64,000 nt of DNA from a virus: IMG/VR virus record IMGVR_UViG_3300047491_001507; one strand, 5' to 3'. The notes below the pieces were generated by a model that had not been told where the DNA came from, did not search any database, and was given only the letters and a program-made list of their open reading frames with translations. The first letter of the stretch is position 1. Each line of letters begins with the position of its first letter. The position numbers and the translations under genes were made by a program. Positions 8,942 through 18,111 of this stretch are shown in pieces.

Positions 8942-9693
8942 TGTTAAAATTAGAAAGAGTTAAAAATATTATTTGTGTGATTTCTTTTCACACTTATGGT
9001 TGGATTGAACCATGTTTTGCTGATTTACAAAAATATTGTTACAATAAGCCGCTATTAATGATTGATAACAATCCTTCTTGGGATGATTCATATGAAAGAT
9101 GGTGTACTTATGAATGTCATCCCGCATCTTGCTGGAAACCTCAATGTGAAGACGAAAGAAACTTTATTGAAAGTCAACGAAGTTATATTGAAAGCACTGG
9201 AGGTGCTATTATTCAAACAGAACGTCGTCTTTATCACGGAAATGTCATTGATTGGGCTTTAGAATGGTGCAAAGCGAATAAGTTTCATACTATTACGTTA
9301 ATTGAGCCTGATTGTAATATGACAGGCGATCTTTGGCTGAAGAATTTAGAAGATGCAATACTTAGAGGCTATTGGATGGCTGGAACACATACTACTTTTC
9401 ATAATGCAATTCATCCTTTTGGATCGATTTGGAGAATTGATAAAATTTCAACTAGTTTTCATGCTCAACCGAATCGTGAAATTAGAAACCTTAAAGAATT
9501 TAATAAAGTTTGTGGTCCATACGAAGAACCTTATAATATTTGGAATCGTACCAATTGGGACACTGGACTTCGTGGATGGTATTTAATAGCAAGGCAAAAT
9601 AAGGCAAAATTAGTAAAAGCCCCAGATATCAAACATTACTGGGGCGGTTCATATCGTCAAAGAAAATACACAGAACGATTTGAGAATTTTTAA
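8941..9693 (+). CDS. hypothetical protein, possibly a GT-A-like nucleotide-sugar transferase
   Basis: 250 aa. Its start overlaps the previous stop (TAATG). ICVISFHTYG...LLMIDNNPSWDD and LIEPDCNMTGD loosely resemble the GT-A N-terminal and DxD-like motifs. Confidence 0.3.
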   Translation: MLKLERVKNIICVISFHTYGWIEPCFADLQKYCYNKPLLMIDNNPSWDDSYERWCTYECHPASCWKPQCEDERNFIESQRSYIESTGGAIIQTERRLYHGNVIDWALEWCKANKFHTITLIEPDCNMTGDLWLKNLEDAILRGYWMAGTHTTFHNAIHPFGSIWRIDKISTSFHAQPNREIRNLKEFNKVCGPYEEPYNIWNRTNWDTGLRGWYLIARQNKAKLVKAPDIKHYWGGSYRQRKYTERFENF

Positions 9694-12305
9694 TCTTCTT
9701 CTGATACATCAATCTCTTCTTCGTCCATTTCTTGAGCATAATCTTTAATTTCTAGATCATATTTTTTGACATCATCCTCATTAACATCAGGAATTGTAGA
9801 CATATCATTGCTGCCGTCCTCTTCCTCTTCATCGTCCATATATTTCCTCATGCCCATCGGAGGTGGCCCTCCTGGAGGTGCTCCACCCATTTCTGGTCCA
9901 CCTGGAGGTGCCCCGCCCATATCTGGCCCCATTGGAGGTCCTGCTGCCATAGGCCCGCCCATAGGTCCACCTGGAGGTGCTCCCATAGATCCGCCTAACA
10001 TAGGACTGGGTCCGGTCGGTTCTGTTCCGACTTCGGTTTCATCAGATCCTGGCAATCCTACGCCCAACAGGGTTGGATTCTGAGCAATGATTTGCAGTTT
10101 GAGATCTTCCAGTTTCTGAATCTTAAGTCTGGCCAGCATTTTCTCTGCTTCTTCTTCTGAGTACTTTAACAATTTGATCATAATGTCATAATCGCTCATT
10201 AATTGAGAGCTTTTCAGATTAGAAGCATTAGTTAAACGGTTGGTAACGACTTCGGCTCTGGTGAGTTCTCTCCAATCAGAAGGAGGCGTCATTTTAACTT
10301 GTAAATCTTCGTAAGATTCTTCTGGATAGCCCAATAATTTCAAATGTCGATCACAAATTTCCCATAATGCATCTTCAATATGAGATTGTAGTCGTTCAAT
10401 CATTCTGGCAAATTTGATGTCTTGTGCCGACAGAGCGATTCTGGTGCTTTGTGTGTCTTCATTGTTGAAATAGTTTCTGGGGAAATTTAAAGAAGTAAAT
10501 AGTTTATTGCGGAAATAAATTGTATCATCTACTTCGCCTAAATTACTAGCTCCAGGCAATGTTTCTACTTTCGTATTGGAATTTGGACGAATAGGAATCC
10601 AGTAATCCTCATCTACCGCAGGAGCGTGCCATCGTTCTTCTACAGATGAAGCACCTGGAATTTGACTGCGATTAGGCACTTTCTTTTTCTTGAATTGGTC
10701 CTTCATTCTTTCCATAAATGCTTCTGCTTTAAAGGGAGGCATTTGCTGAACGTCAATATAAAACACACGACGTTCTGGGCTTCTGGAAAGTCTATAGACC
10801 ACCATAGAATCTTCCATTAATCTTAATTGATGGGCTGGACCTCTAGCTGGTTCAATTAAACTTACGCCATACGGATAGAAAGTGCTACGATCATCTCCAA
10901 TACGAATATGTACAATTTGTTCTGGAGCGAATCGGATAGCAGTAGCTTGTTGTAAATCAGCATCTGTAGCTTGAGTGATTTCTACTCGTGCCAGACTTTG
11001 ATAATCTGGACCTTCTTTAGATTGCTGAAATTCGACTAATTTGCCTTTAGTAGTTTCAATACGATACATGCTATCTGGAGGAAGGGGCACCAAGCCAATA
11101 ACTCCATACTTGGGATTTTCTATGTCAATTATAATTTCCCAAAAGAAATCGCCATTGATAAAAGTACGTTTGGTAATATTCCATATTTTCTTTTGGTCAA
11201 AGTTGAGCATATTACGATGGAAAAACAAATATTCTAATTCTTTTTTAATGCCTTCATTTTTTAGATTAATGGTAAATACTCTTCCGTCATCATCACGTTG
11301 GCAATTATGAACTACGCCCCAATCAGTGCAGAAATTTTGGTGTTTTTCAACAGACAGATCAAAGACTTCTCTTTCTTTTCCTTCTAAGACAGCAATAACA
11401 TGTCGTCTGTCGCTTTTAGCACCAAGCCATTTCATTTCTTTGTTGGAAAAGCCTGCTCTTTCGATGCGATCTTGAATGGTATGCAGATCATTGCCTGTCA
11501 TCTTTTGAATTTGGCGAACAGATAAGCCTTCGGCAATCATTTGACAATAGTGATTGACGATTTTTAATTCTTCATTAGTTTTTCCAGTTCTCCATTCATC
11601 AATGAATTGTCGTTCATGAATCCAGCCTTTATCATGGGTCCAAATTCTAGGAAACTGGTTGGTTTTTAGTCCTGTAAGGTCTTGATTGGCAGGAAGGTGA
11701 TAAAAAGGCATTAATTCAGCACCATATTCTAAACTTCCTGCTTCAATCCAACTACCATCTCTGGTTAATACACGATGATCTGGAGTACAAATCAATTCCT
11801 GTCCATTATCAAATAAGACTCTTATTGTTTTGGCGATTTTAGTTAAACGAGGGTTATAGGCCCATGCAAGGGTATAATCTCTTTTATCAAAATCATAGGC
11901 ATATACTAGGAAACGTTCGGTAGGATCTGTGTATTTTTCTTTAAGATGGCGTATGGTTTTAAACCCATGTGGGGTAGCAACTTTAGTTCGTCCTGCAAGA
12001 CAAGCTTCGTCAGCAAATACGGTCATAGCCATTTCAATTTCTGGCATATTTCTTAATCGTTCATATTCTTTATAGCGATTAACACGATTGGTAACAGTAG
12101 ATAAATCAACAAAGTCATTAGTATCTCTTAGTCGTATGGCTCCTTTACCACCGCCCCAAGAACCATCTTGACCAGCACGAATATCAGGAATGGCATCTGT
12201 TTGTGATGTACCGGCACCGACTGGATCTTTTTTGTTTTGTTTGCTAAGAGGATCTTGGGCGAAAGCATATTGAAAAAGTTTGAAAAAATCGTACCAAGCT
12301 GCCAT
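9690..12305 (-). CDS. portal protein (putative) containing a mini-intein
   Basis: It lies directly downstream of the terminase on the same strand and is the size of a portal once the intein is removed. I use the start at MAAWYDFF, which is preceded by AAGGAGT. The C-terminus is Gly/Pro/Met-rich low complexity followed by an acidic tail. Confidence 0.5.
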   Translation of the reverse strand: MAAWYDFFKLFQYAFAQDPLSKQNKKDPVGAGTSQTDAIPDIRAGQDGSWGGGKGAIRLRDTNDFVDLSTVTNRVNRYKEYERLRNMPEIEMAMTVFADEACLAGRTKVATPHGFKTIRHLKEKYTDPTERFLVYAYDFDKRDYTLAWAYNPRLTKIAKTIRVLFDNGQELICTPDHRVLTRDGSWIEAGSLEYGAELMPFYHLPANQDLTGLKTNQFPRIWTHDKGWIHERQFIDEWRTGKTNEELKIVNHYCQMIAEGLSVRQIQKMTGNDLHTIQDRIERAGFSNKEMKWLGAKSDRRHVIAVLEGKEREVFDLSVEKHQNFCTDWGVVHNCQRDDDGRVFTINLKNEGIKKELEYLFFHRNMLNFDQKKIWNITKRTFINGDFFWEIIIDIENPKYGVIGLVPLPPDSMYRIETTKGKLVEFQQSKEGPDYQSLARVEITQATDADLQQATAIRFAPEQIVHIRIGDDRSTFYPYGVSLIEPARGPAHQLRLMEDSMVVYRLSRSPERRVFYIDVQQMPPFKAEAFMERMKDQFKKKKVPNRSQIPGASSVEERWHAPAVDEDYWIPIRPNSNTKVETLPGASNLGEVDDTIYFRNKLFTSLNFPRNYFNNEDTQSTRIALSAQDIKFARMIERLQSHIEDALWEICDRHLKLLGYPEESYEDLQVKMTPPSDWRELTRAEVVTNRLTNASNLKSSQLMSDYDIMIKLLKYSEEEAEKMLARLKIQKLEDLKLQIIAQNPTLLGVGLPGSDETEVGTEPTGPSPMLGGSMGAPPGGPMGGPMAAGPPMGPDMGGAPPGGPEMGGAPPGGPPPMGMRKYMDDEEEEDGSNDMSTIPDVNEDDVKKYDLEIKDYAQEMDEEEIDVSEED
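9840..10020. repeat. imperfect ~33-nt tandem repeats encoding the Gly/Pro/Met-rich portal C-terminus
   Basis: cctggaggtgctccacccat, cctggaggtgccccgcccat and cctggaggtgctcccatag are repeated units. Confidence 0.5.
11304..12002 (-). other. intein of about 233 aa inside the portal gene
   Basis: Block A is CLAGRTKV. Block B is TPDHRVLT, the TxxH motif. Block G is VVHN followed by the +1 Cys (CQRDDDG). The middle region is HTH-like (SVRQIQKMTGNDLHTIQDRIERAG). No LAGLIDADG or HNH motif is present. Confidence 0.6.
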
Positions 12306-12362
12306 ATTAACTCCTTGACGATACTGTATTATAGTATATTTATGAAAAACACAACAATAATC

Positions 12363-12701
12363 ATGACTCACCTTTGTTCAGGTCATGAGCAATTAATAAA
12401 TGAGTTAATGAAAAACCCTCATTTTGATCACTTTGAAACTAAAGGTCTTCATCATTATGATGACTTCCAGATACTATTTAATAATCCGCATCGCAAAAAT
12501 GATAAAAAAGCGGTTTGGGGAACGACTATTTTTCATAATCAAGACCTAACATGTTTTTCATTAATCAAACATTGTAATTTTATTTATTATAGTAAAAAGT
12601 ATGATCCTAGTATGTCCATCAGTGCTTTATCTTATCGATATAGAATTACGGGTATGAAGATTTGGCATAATAGAACAGGCGGTGAATGGTTAGTCGTTTA
12701 G
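12363..12701 (+). CDS. hypothetical protein filling the gap between portal and the upstream gene
   Basis: This is the only ORF that covers the 12306-12689 gap. The start at MTHLCSG has no clear Shine-Dalgarno site. Confidence 0.2.
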   Translation: MTHLCSGHEQLINELMKNPHFDHFETKGLHHYDDFQILFNNPHRKNDKKAVWGTTIFHNQDLTCFSLIKHCNFIYYSKKYDPSMSISALSYRYRITGMKIWHNRTGGEWLVV

Positions 12702-13052
12702 AAGTTGGTTATCAGTTTCTGTTTCGTTAGATTGTTTCTCTAAATCTTTAATCTTTTGTTGTTCTGTTGAAATCATAGCATTCAATTTCTCTAGTGATTT
12801 TTTAGCTTCAGCAATACTAGTAACAGGCATATTGGCTACTCCTGCTTCAATATTTTTCCACCAACTTTCATGTTGAGTTTGATTGGCTTTTCTTTTTTGG
12901 TATTGGCTTTGTTCTATTTCTTCAATATTTTGCAAAGCTCTTTTGATGTTTTTCTTAGCTTCCATTGTGGCAGGACATTGTGGCAGATAGGAAGTTGCTC
13001 CTAATGCTTGTGTGAGAAGACTTTTGGCACGTTTGATTTCTGTAAAATTCAT
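12690..13052 (-). CDS. hypothetical coiled-coil protein
   Basis: 120-aa ORF between the terminase and portal genes. Confidence 0.4.
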   Translation of the reverse strand: MNFTEIKRAKSLLTQALGATSYLPQCPATMEAKKNIKRALQNIEEIEQSQYQKRKANQTQHESWWKNIEAGVANMPVTSIAEAKKSLEKLNAMISTEQQKIKDLEKQSNETETDNQLLND

Positions 13053-13072
13053 AATTTATCCTTTTGTGGCAA

Positions 13073-14887
13073 TCACCACCCGAACTCCCTCAAGAGATTA
13101 TCATTTGCTCTTCTTTTATAGCCAGATCCAAATAACAAATCATCATCATCAGAACGATTGATATTTTCAAAAAGCTGTAATTCCTCACCTTCTGAAAAAT
13201 CATTGATATTTTTGGCTAATTCTTGTTTGATTTCTTCATAGATTTCTGCTTTAAATACTTCGGTATATTGATTTGTATCTCCTAAAACGGGAGATTGTCG
13301 CATGGCAACATCTCTAGCATATAATGCTAAGCACAATGCCATAATAGCGTCATCATGAAAACCTTTAGTTGCTTCTGCTCGTTTTGTTTGGGAATTCCAG
13401 ATAAAACCTTTCAATTCTTTAACAAACCGCCTGCTACGAATAGCAATGCTTTGGTTGACCAATCTAGTTTGCATAGTTTCTAAGAAAGTAGAACGATTGC
13501 TGCTAGTGGTTTTAATTCCTGGCTTAGAGTTTCTACCTTGAGAACTTTCAAACAGGTTGTCATAATAGAAATCGTGTTGTAGTTTTTCTAGAACTGTTAA
13601 GCCAGCACTTTGACTTTCCACAACGATGATAGCGTTATTATAAGTTTGTCCAACCATAGCAAGAATTTGAGCAAAATGGTGAGGTGGACAGATATTGCTA
13701 TAAAATTCTGCTACTTGTTCACAGGTCACAGCATCAATTACTTCAAAACAGCTATTATCTCCTTCCTCGCCCATGCCTTCAGCAGCATCTACGCCAATAA
13801 TATAATCTCGTCCCTCAATAGGTTCTCGCCAAATATACAAGGCACCACGAATCCAGTTTTCCACATCTGTAATACGTTGCTCTTTTATTTCTCCACGATT
13901 ATTCCATTGAGGAAATAGCATTTTAGTGGGTTCAATTTCTCGTGTAATTATATCTAGATCATTGATAATATCTGGAGGAATATAAGAATCGCCAGCCCCC
14001 AAGAAGTCACGCATAACTTCTTGTAGCCAGCCTTTTTCGCCTAATTGGGCACGAGTTTGCTTGACCCATTCCTCATCGTCGTAATCTGGATGTTCCCAGT
14101 AATCCAATTCAATTACGAAGAAGTCATTTTCGCCTTTTTTCGCTCCCATGAATGTGTCATAGTACCAATTACCCACGCCATTTACCGTGGAGATACAAAT
14201 GCAGTGACCACCAGTACTAATGGTGGGGAACATAGCTTTCCAATGTTTTTCCATTTGTGGAACGTATGCAGCTTCGTCTAGAATAAGATAAGTGATAGAA
14301 CGTCCACGAGCAGCTTCGGGGGTGTAGAAGAATAATTTACAGCCAGTATCGGAGAAGATTTTTTGGTGGTCATTATTTTTCTCCATTTCGGGCTTCATCC
14401 AGCTTGGCAACTCGATTAAAGCACGTTTAGCAACTTCTCCAGCGGCAATAGCTTCACGATCAGACTTAGATAGAACCATAATGGTTTCATCTAATTTAAA
14501 TAAGCATCGCCAAATAGCCCAAATAACAGTAACGGTGGTCAAACCTCCTTGACGGAATTTTGAAAGAATGTTGAATCTTTGATTTTCATATTCTTGACAG
14601 CAGCGACGTTGATACTTATAAGGGATAAAAGGAATTAGACCACGTTTAGGATGAGCGATCTTAATATACTTATGGCAGAAATAGGGGAAGGACATAGCAC
14701 ATTTGAGCAGTTCCCTCTGTCTAGTTTCTGCATCATAGGCTTCAATTTCTTCGAAGCTTTCTAAAGGATCTATCTCTAATTCATACTTATTGAATTCATA
14801 ATATTTTGGATCATATTCATTGAGATAGAAATCTTTTAAATTGGTATATTTTTTCTTCCAATTAGGATCTATTTCTTTAAAAGGCAC
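13073..14887 (-). CDS. terL: terminase large subunit
   Basis: GTG start after TTAAGGAG. ATPase motifs are SKFRQGGLTT (Walker A-like) and ITYLILDEAAYV (Walker B). Nuclease-domain motifs are IIGVDAAEGMGEEGDNS and KGFHDDAIMAL. Confidence 0.8.
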   Translation of the reverse strand: MPFKEIDPNWKKKYTNLKDFYLNEYDPKYYEFNKYELEIDPLESFEEIEAYDAETRQRELLKCAMSFPYFCHKYIKIAHPKRGLIPFIPYKYQRRCCQEYENQRFNILSKFRQGGLTTVTVIWAIWRCLFKLDETIMVLSKSDREAIAAGEVAKRALIELPSWMKPEMEKNNDHQKIFSDTGCKLFFYTPEAARGRSITYLILDEAAYVPQMEKHWKAMFPTISTGGHCICISTVNGVGNWYYDTFMGAKKGENDFFVIELDYWEHPDYDDEEWVKQTRAQLGEKGWLQEVMRDFLGAGDSYIPPDIINDLDIITREIEPTKMLFPQWNNRGEIKEQRITDVENWIRGALYIWREPIEGRDYIIGVDAAEGMGEEGDNSCFEVIDAVTCEQVAEFYSNICPPHHFAQILAMVGQTYNNAIIVVESQSAGLTVLEKLQHDFYYDNLFESSQGRNSKPGIKTTSSNRSTFLETMQTRLVNQSIAIRSRRFVKELKGFIWNSQTKRAEATKGFHDDAIMALCLALYARDVAMRQSPVLGDTNQYTEVFKAEIYEEIKQELAKNINDFSEGEELQLFENINRSDDDDLLFGSGYKRRANDNLLREFGW

Positions 14888-14934
14888 AAAATCTCCTTAA
14901 TGTGATAAGGTATTTAGTGCTATTAGGCTAAGTT

Positions 14935-15816
14935 TTAATCTAGGAACTTACAGAGGTATTCTTGTTGCCAGCCTTTTTGTCCTAATCCTGCTTTGAGTTG
15001 TTTTACCCGATCTTTGTTGTTTGGATCATCACGATAATCTAATTTGAATTTTTTGAATCCATGTCTCTTAGCGTTTGTAAACACATTATGGAACCAGTTG
15101 TTTTTGCCGTTTGGAGTGGAGAAGCAAGCACAATGTCCATTTTTACTAATGATTGGAAGCAAAGATTTCCAACATTCATCCATTTTCGAAATGAATGCAA
15201 CTTCTTCCATAAATAAATAATCGATAGAACATCCTGGGCTTAATGTATGAGAATTAAGAATAAATAATCTACTATCAGTATTAATATTGCAGAAATTTTT
15301 TGGACGGACATACATTTCTGGTTTCATCCAAGCGGGAAGTGCTTCCAATGCATATTTTATGATGTTTTCTATATCAAGGCATTCTCTTTCATGTCTCACC
15401 ATAATGCTAATCGTTTCATCTGGTTTAAACGAAAATCGCCAAAGGCTGTATATTGCATTGAGAGTACTGAATCCGCCTTGACGGAATTTTGAGAAAATAC
15501 TAAAGTTATTATTTTCATATGCTTTAACACAACTTCGTTGACAGTTATGCAGGATAAATGGAACCAAATCTTGTTCAGGGCGTCTGATTTTTACATATTT
15601 GTGGCAAAAATAGGGGAAGAATGCAGCACATTTTAGGATTTCTTGTTTTTGGATTCTTGTGCTGTATGCTTCAATTTCTTCTTTAGTTTCTAGAGGATCT
15701 ATTTGGAGTTCGTACTTATCAAATTCATAATATTTTGGGTCATATTCATTTCTATAAAAGCTTCCCAGAAATGGGTATTTTTCTTTCCAATTTGGATCTA
15801 CTCGTTTAAAAGACAT
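14935..15816 (-). CDS. terminase large-subunit ATPase-domain paralog that lacks the nuclease domain
   Basis: It aligns along its full length with the N-terminal ~300 aa of TerL (VDPNWKEKYPFLGSFYRNEYDPKYYEFDKYELQIDPLE vs IDPNWKKKYTNLKDFYLNEYDPKYYEFNKYELEIDPLE; SKFRQGGFST vs SKFRQGGLTT). Walker B reads YLFMEE where TerL has YLILDE. I chose the ATG after TTCAGGAGAAAA as the start. Confidence 0.6.
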   Translation of the reverse strand: MSFKRVDPNWKEKYPFLGSFYRNEYDPKYYEFDKYELQIDPLETKEEIEAYSTRIQKQEILKCAAFFPYFCHKYVKIRRPEQDLVPFILHNCQRSCVKAYENNNFSIFSKFRQGGFSTLNAIYSLWRFSFKPDETISIMVRHERECLDIENIIKYALEALPAWMKPEMYVRPKNFCNINTDSRLFILNSHTLSPGCSIDYLFMEEVAFISKMDECWKSLLPIISKNGHCACFSTPNGKNNWFHNVFTNAKRHGFKKFKLDYRDDPNNKDRVKQLKAGLGQKGWQQEYLCKFLD

Positions 15817-15884
15817 TTTTCTCCTGAATATTTGTTTCAATAGCTATAATACATTATAGTGTTTTAATCAGAAAAAGAGGAAAT

Positions 15885-16982
15885 ATGAAAAAAGAACTGC
15901 TAATTGTTGGGATTATTATTGTTGACATATTAGTTGTCGTTTGGGCATATGACAAACGAAAAAATAAAGTAAATATAGAGAACAAGCCAACTAACAATTC
16001 GATTACTCAAATAGACCCAATTGTTCCTCCTAAGCCCACTTATACCTTGCAAAATGCTATAGATTCTATTAAGGCAGATGGGTTGAAAAGTATGGTCGAG
16101 TATCTTTCGAGCGATGAGCTTGAAGGCAGGAAGACAGGTTCGCCTGGAATGGAAAAGGCCAGAGATTTTCTGCTTAAAGAATTAACAGACTGCAAATTGC
16201 CAGCAAAAACCGATGTGTTTAAATTAATTTCGGCTAAGGGCGAAAATGTATATGCATGGATGGAAGGCAGCGAGAAAGGCGATGAGATAGTGGTAGTAGG
16301 AGCACATTATGATCATTTAGGAAAGAAGGCTGGCAAAATCAATCCTGGTGCAGATGACAATGCATCTGGCACAGCCGCAGTTTTGGCAATGGCTAAAGCA
16401 TTATCTAAATTGCAAGGACAAAATAAAAGAACAATTGTATTTCAGTTTTATGCTGGAGAAGAGCAAGGTTTATTAGGAAGTGAATTTTATGTTGAAAATC
16501 CAAAATTTCCATTAAAAAATCCTTCCATTAAACAGCATATTTTCATGGAAAATTTAGACATGATTGGGCATGGCAATTTTGAACAGGCATCTTCGATAGA
16601 CAGTCCAATAAGCGGATTGATCAATAGCTTTAAGGACAAATATCCATTTGCTGCAAAAATTACCACTGATGGATCAAACGGTTCTGACCATGCATCATTT
16701 CGAAGGGCTGGAGTGCCTGTTATAATGATACATACAGGACTTCATGGTAAATACCACACACCGGCAGACAAACCTGATACGTTAAATTATAAGAATATGG
16801 AAAAAATTACTCAATTTGGTCTTGAATTACTTTGGGAAGTTTGTCAGAATGGCACGAACATTAAGGTGAGTGATATTCAGGTTAGATCCGAAGCGTTTTT
16901 GGATCATGGTGTTACTCCGTTTGAAAAAGTTATCGATCATGCCACTGAAAGGAAAGACGATGAATTACAAAGAAAGAATTAA
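15885..16982 (+). CDS. M28-family zinc aminopeptidase with an N-terminal membrane anchor
   Basis: Motifs are GAHYDHLG, GADDNASGTAAVLAMAKAL, EEQGLLGSEFY and LDMIGHG. The N-terminus has the TM helix LLIVGIIIVDILVVVWAY. An AAGAGGAA Shine-Dalgarno site precedes the start. Confidence 0.7.
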   Translation: MKKELLIVGIIIVDILVVVWAYDKRKNKVNIENKPTNNSITQIDPIVPPKPTYTLQNAIDSIKADGLKSMVEYLSSDELEGRKTGSPGMEKARDFLLKELTDCKLPAKTDVFKLISAKGENVYAWMEGSEKGDEIVVVGAHYDHLGKKAGKINPGADDNASGTAAVLAMAKALSKLQGQNKRTIVFQFYAGEEQGLLGSEFYVENPKFPLKNPSIKQHIFMENLDMIGHGNFEQASSIDSPISGLINSFKDKYPFAAKITTDGSNGSDHASFRRAGVPVIMIHTGLHGKYHTPADKPDTLNYKNMEKITQFGLELLWEVCQNGTNIKVSDIQVRSEAFLDHGVTPFEKVIDHATERKDDELQRKN

Positions 16983-17313
16983 GCTTGAGAATTTCGTAAA
17001 GGATTTGGCAAAGAGTTCAAAGCCTGTTGCAAGATTTTATTACAAAGGTTCGCACAGTCATCCTGTGCGACGAACGGTATTAATTACTGAAGAAACTCCG
17101 ACTATGATTACTGGTTTGGAATTTCGTGAAGGATCACATGTGCGTAATTTGAAACAGGCGTTAAAAACCATTCGCAGTTATCGAAAAAGCAAAATTGCTA
17201 AGTGGGGAGATTATAGTCGCTTGATGAAATCGCAAGCAACATCTAAAAAGAATCCGAAGAGTACTACGTTGAAGAGGTTTCCGGCAGTGAGTATTTTTTC
17301 AGAAGTAAGTTAA
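16960..17313 (+). CDS. hypothetical basic protein
   Basis: The start MNYKERIK overlaps the 3' end of the peptidase gene and follows AAAGGAAA. A terminator lies downstream. Confidence 0.4.
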   Translation: MNYKERIKLENFVKDLAKSSKPVARFYYKGSHSHPVRRTVLITEETPTMITGLEFREGSHVRNLKQALKTIRSYRKSKIAKWGDYSRLMKSQATSKKNPKSTTLKRFPAVSIFSEVS

Positions 17314-17332
17314 CCTCACTTCACCTTCGTAA

Positions 17333-17360
17333 ACCGCAGGGTTAATTGCCCTGCGGTTTT
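17333..17360 (+). terminator. rho-independent terminator
   Basis: CCGCAGGG-ttaattg-CCCTGCGG followed by TTTTTTTT. Confidence 0.65.
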
Positions 17361-17462
17361 TTTTATTAATGGAAGAAAATTATTAAAGATTGTTTCTAAT
17401 TCTGGTTTTTTGGGAACAATTTTTTTTATTGTTTTAGATGAAGTTATATGAATTTTGTAGGA

Positions 17463-17491
17463 GGGAAAGTTGTAAAGCTTACAACTTTCCC
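17463..17491. promoter_or_regulatory. perfect 13-bp inverted repeat with a 3-nt loop, a hairpin or operator
   Basis: GGGAAAGTTGTAA-agc-TTACAACTTTCCC. It lies between convergent genes, 33 nt past the stop of the minus-strand gene at 17524. Confidence 0.4.
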
Positions 17492-17523
17492 AATCCTTAT
17501 AATCGCTCACGGATCATCCTAGA

Positions 17524-18048
17524 TTACATTAAGAAATATACATATCCAATAAACGCAACATTAACCAATAAGATTGCTGCCAAAACCAAATTGATTACTA
17601 GTTTGTTTTGGTTTTTTTCTTCAACATTCTTTTCTACCAATGCTTGGGCAGTAAGAGGAATATTGGAAACAGGCGGATCTTTAATTTGCATTTGATAAGT
17701 TAATCTACTAACCATTTCGTCCAAATCTGCTTTTGTAGCAAAAGAGTTTTCAGGGACTTCTGGTGCTTTTACAGCAATTCGTTCTCTTATTTGCAATGGC
17801 ACATCAGGTTCAGTAGAAAGAACTTCTTGCTGAACGACTTCTCCATTTTGGAATGTTTGACGAGTTTCTTTCGCTACTACATTTTTGTATTCACGAATTA
17901 TACGTTGTTCTATGTGAAGTGGCTTTACTTCTTCAGCAAATAGCTCAATCACTTCGTTGCCGTTTTCGTCAACATACGAATGACGCTCTGCAAGACGACC
18001 ATCTTCTAAACTAATTTTCTGAACAGCGATTTTGGATTCTTGTGTCAT
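17524..18048 (-). CDS. tail-anchored membrane protein
   Basis: 174 aa with a C-terminal TM helix (LVINLVLAAILLVNVAFIGYVYFLM). Confidence 0.45.
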   Translation of the reverse strand: MTQESKIAVQKISLEDGRLAERHSYVDENGNEVIELFAEEVKPLHIEQRIIREYKNVVAKETRQTFQNGEVVQQEVLSTEPDVPLQIRERIAVKAPEVPENSFATKADLDEMVSRLTYQMQIKDPPVSNIPLTAQALVEKNVEEKNQNKLVINLVLAAILLVNVAFIGYVYFLM

Positions 18049-18111
18049 AAATTTTCCCTCTATGTCGAATAATATATTTACTATAGGAAGCTATTTTTTT
18101 AGAAATCTATT

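Noticed and set aside
9766-10083. 105-aa plus-strand Gly/Pro-rich ORF
   Set aside because: It is the antisense of the portal C-terminal Gly/Pro/Met repeat region and is a low-complexity artefact.
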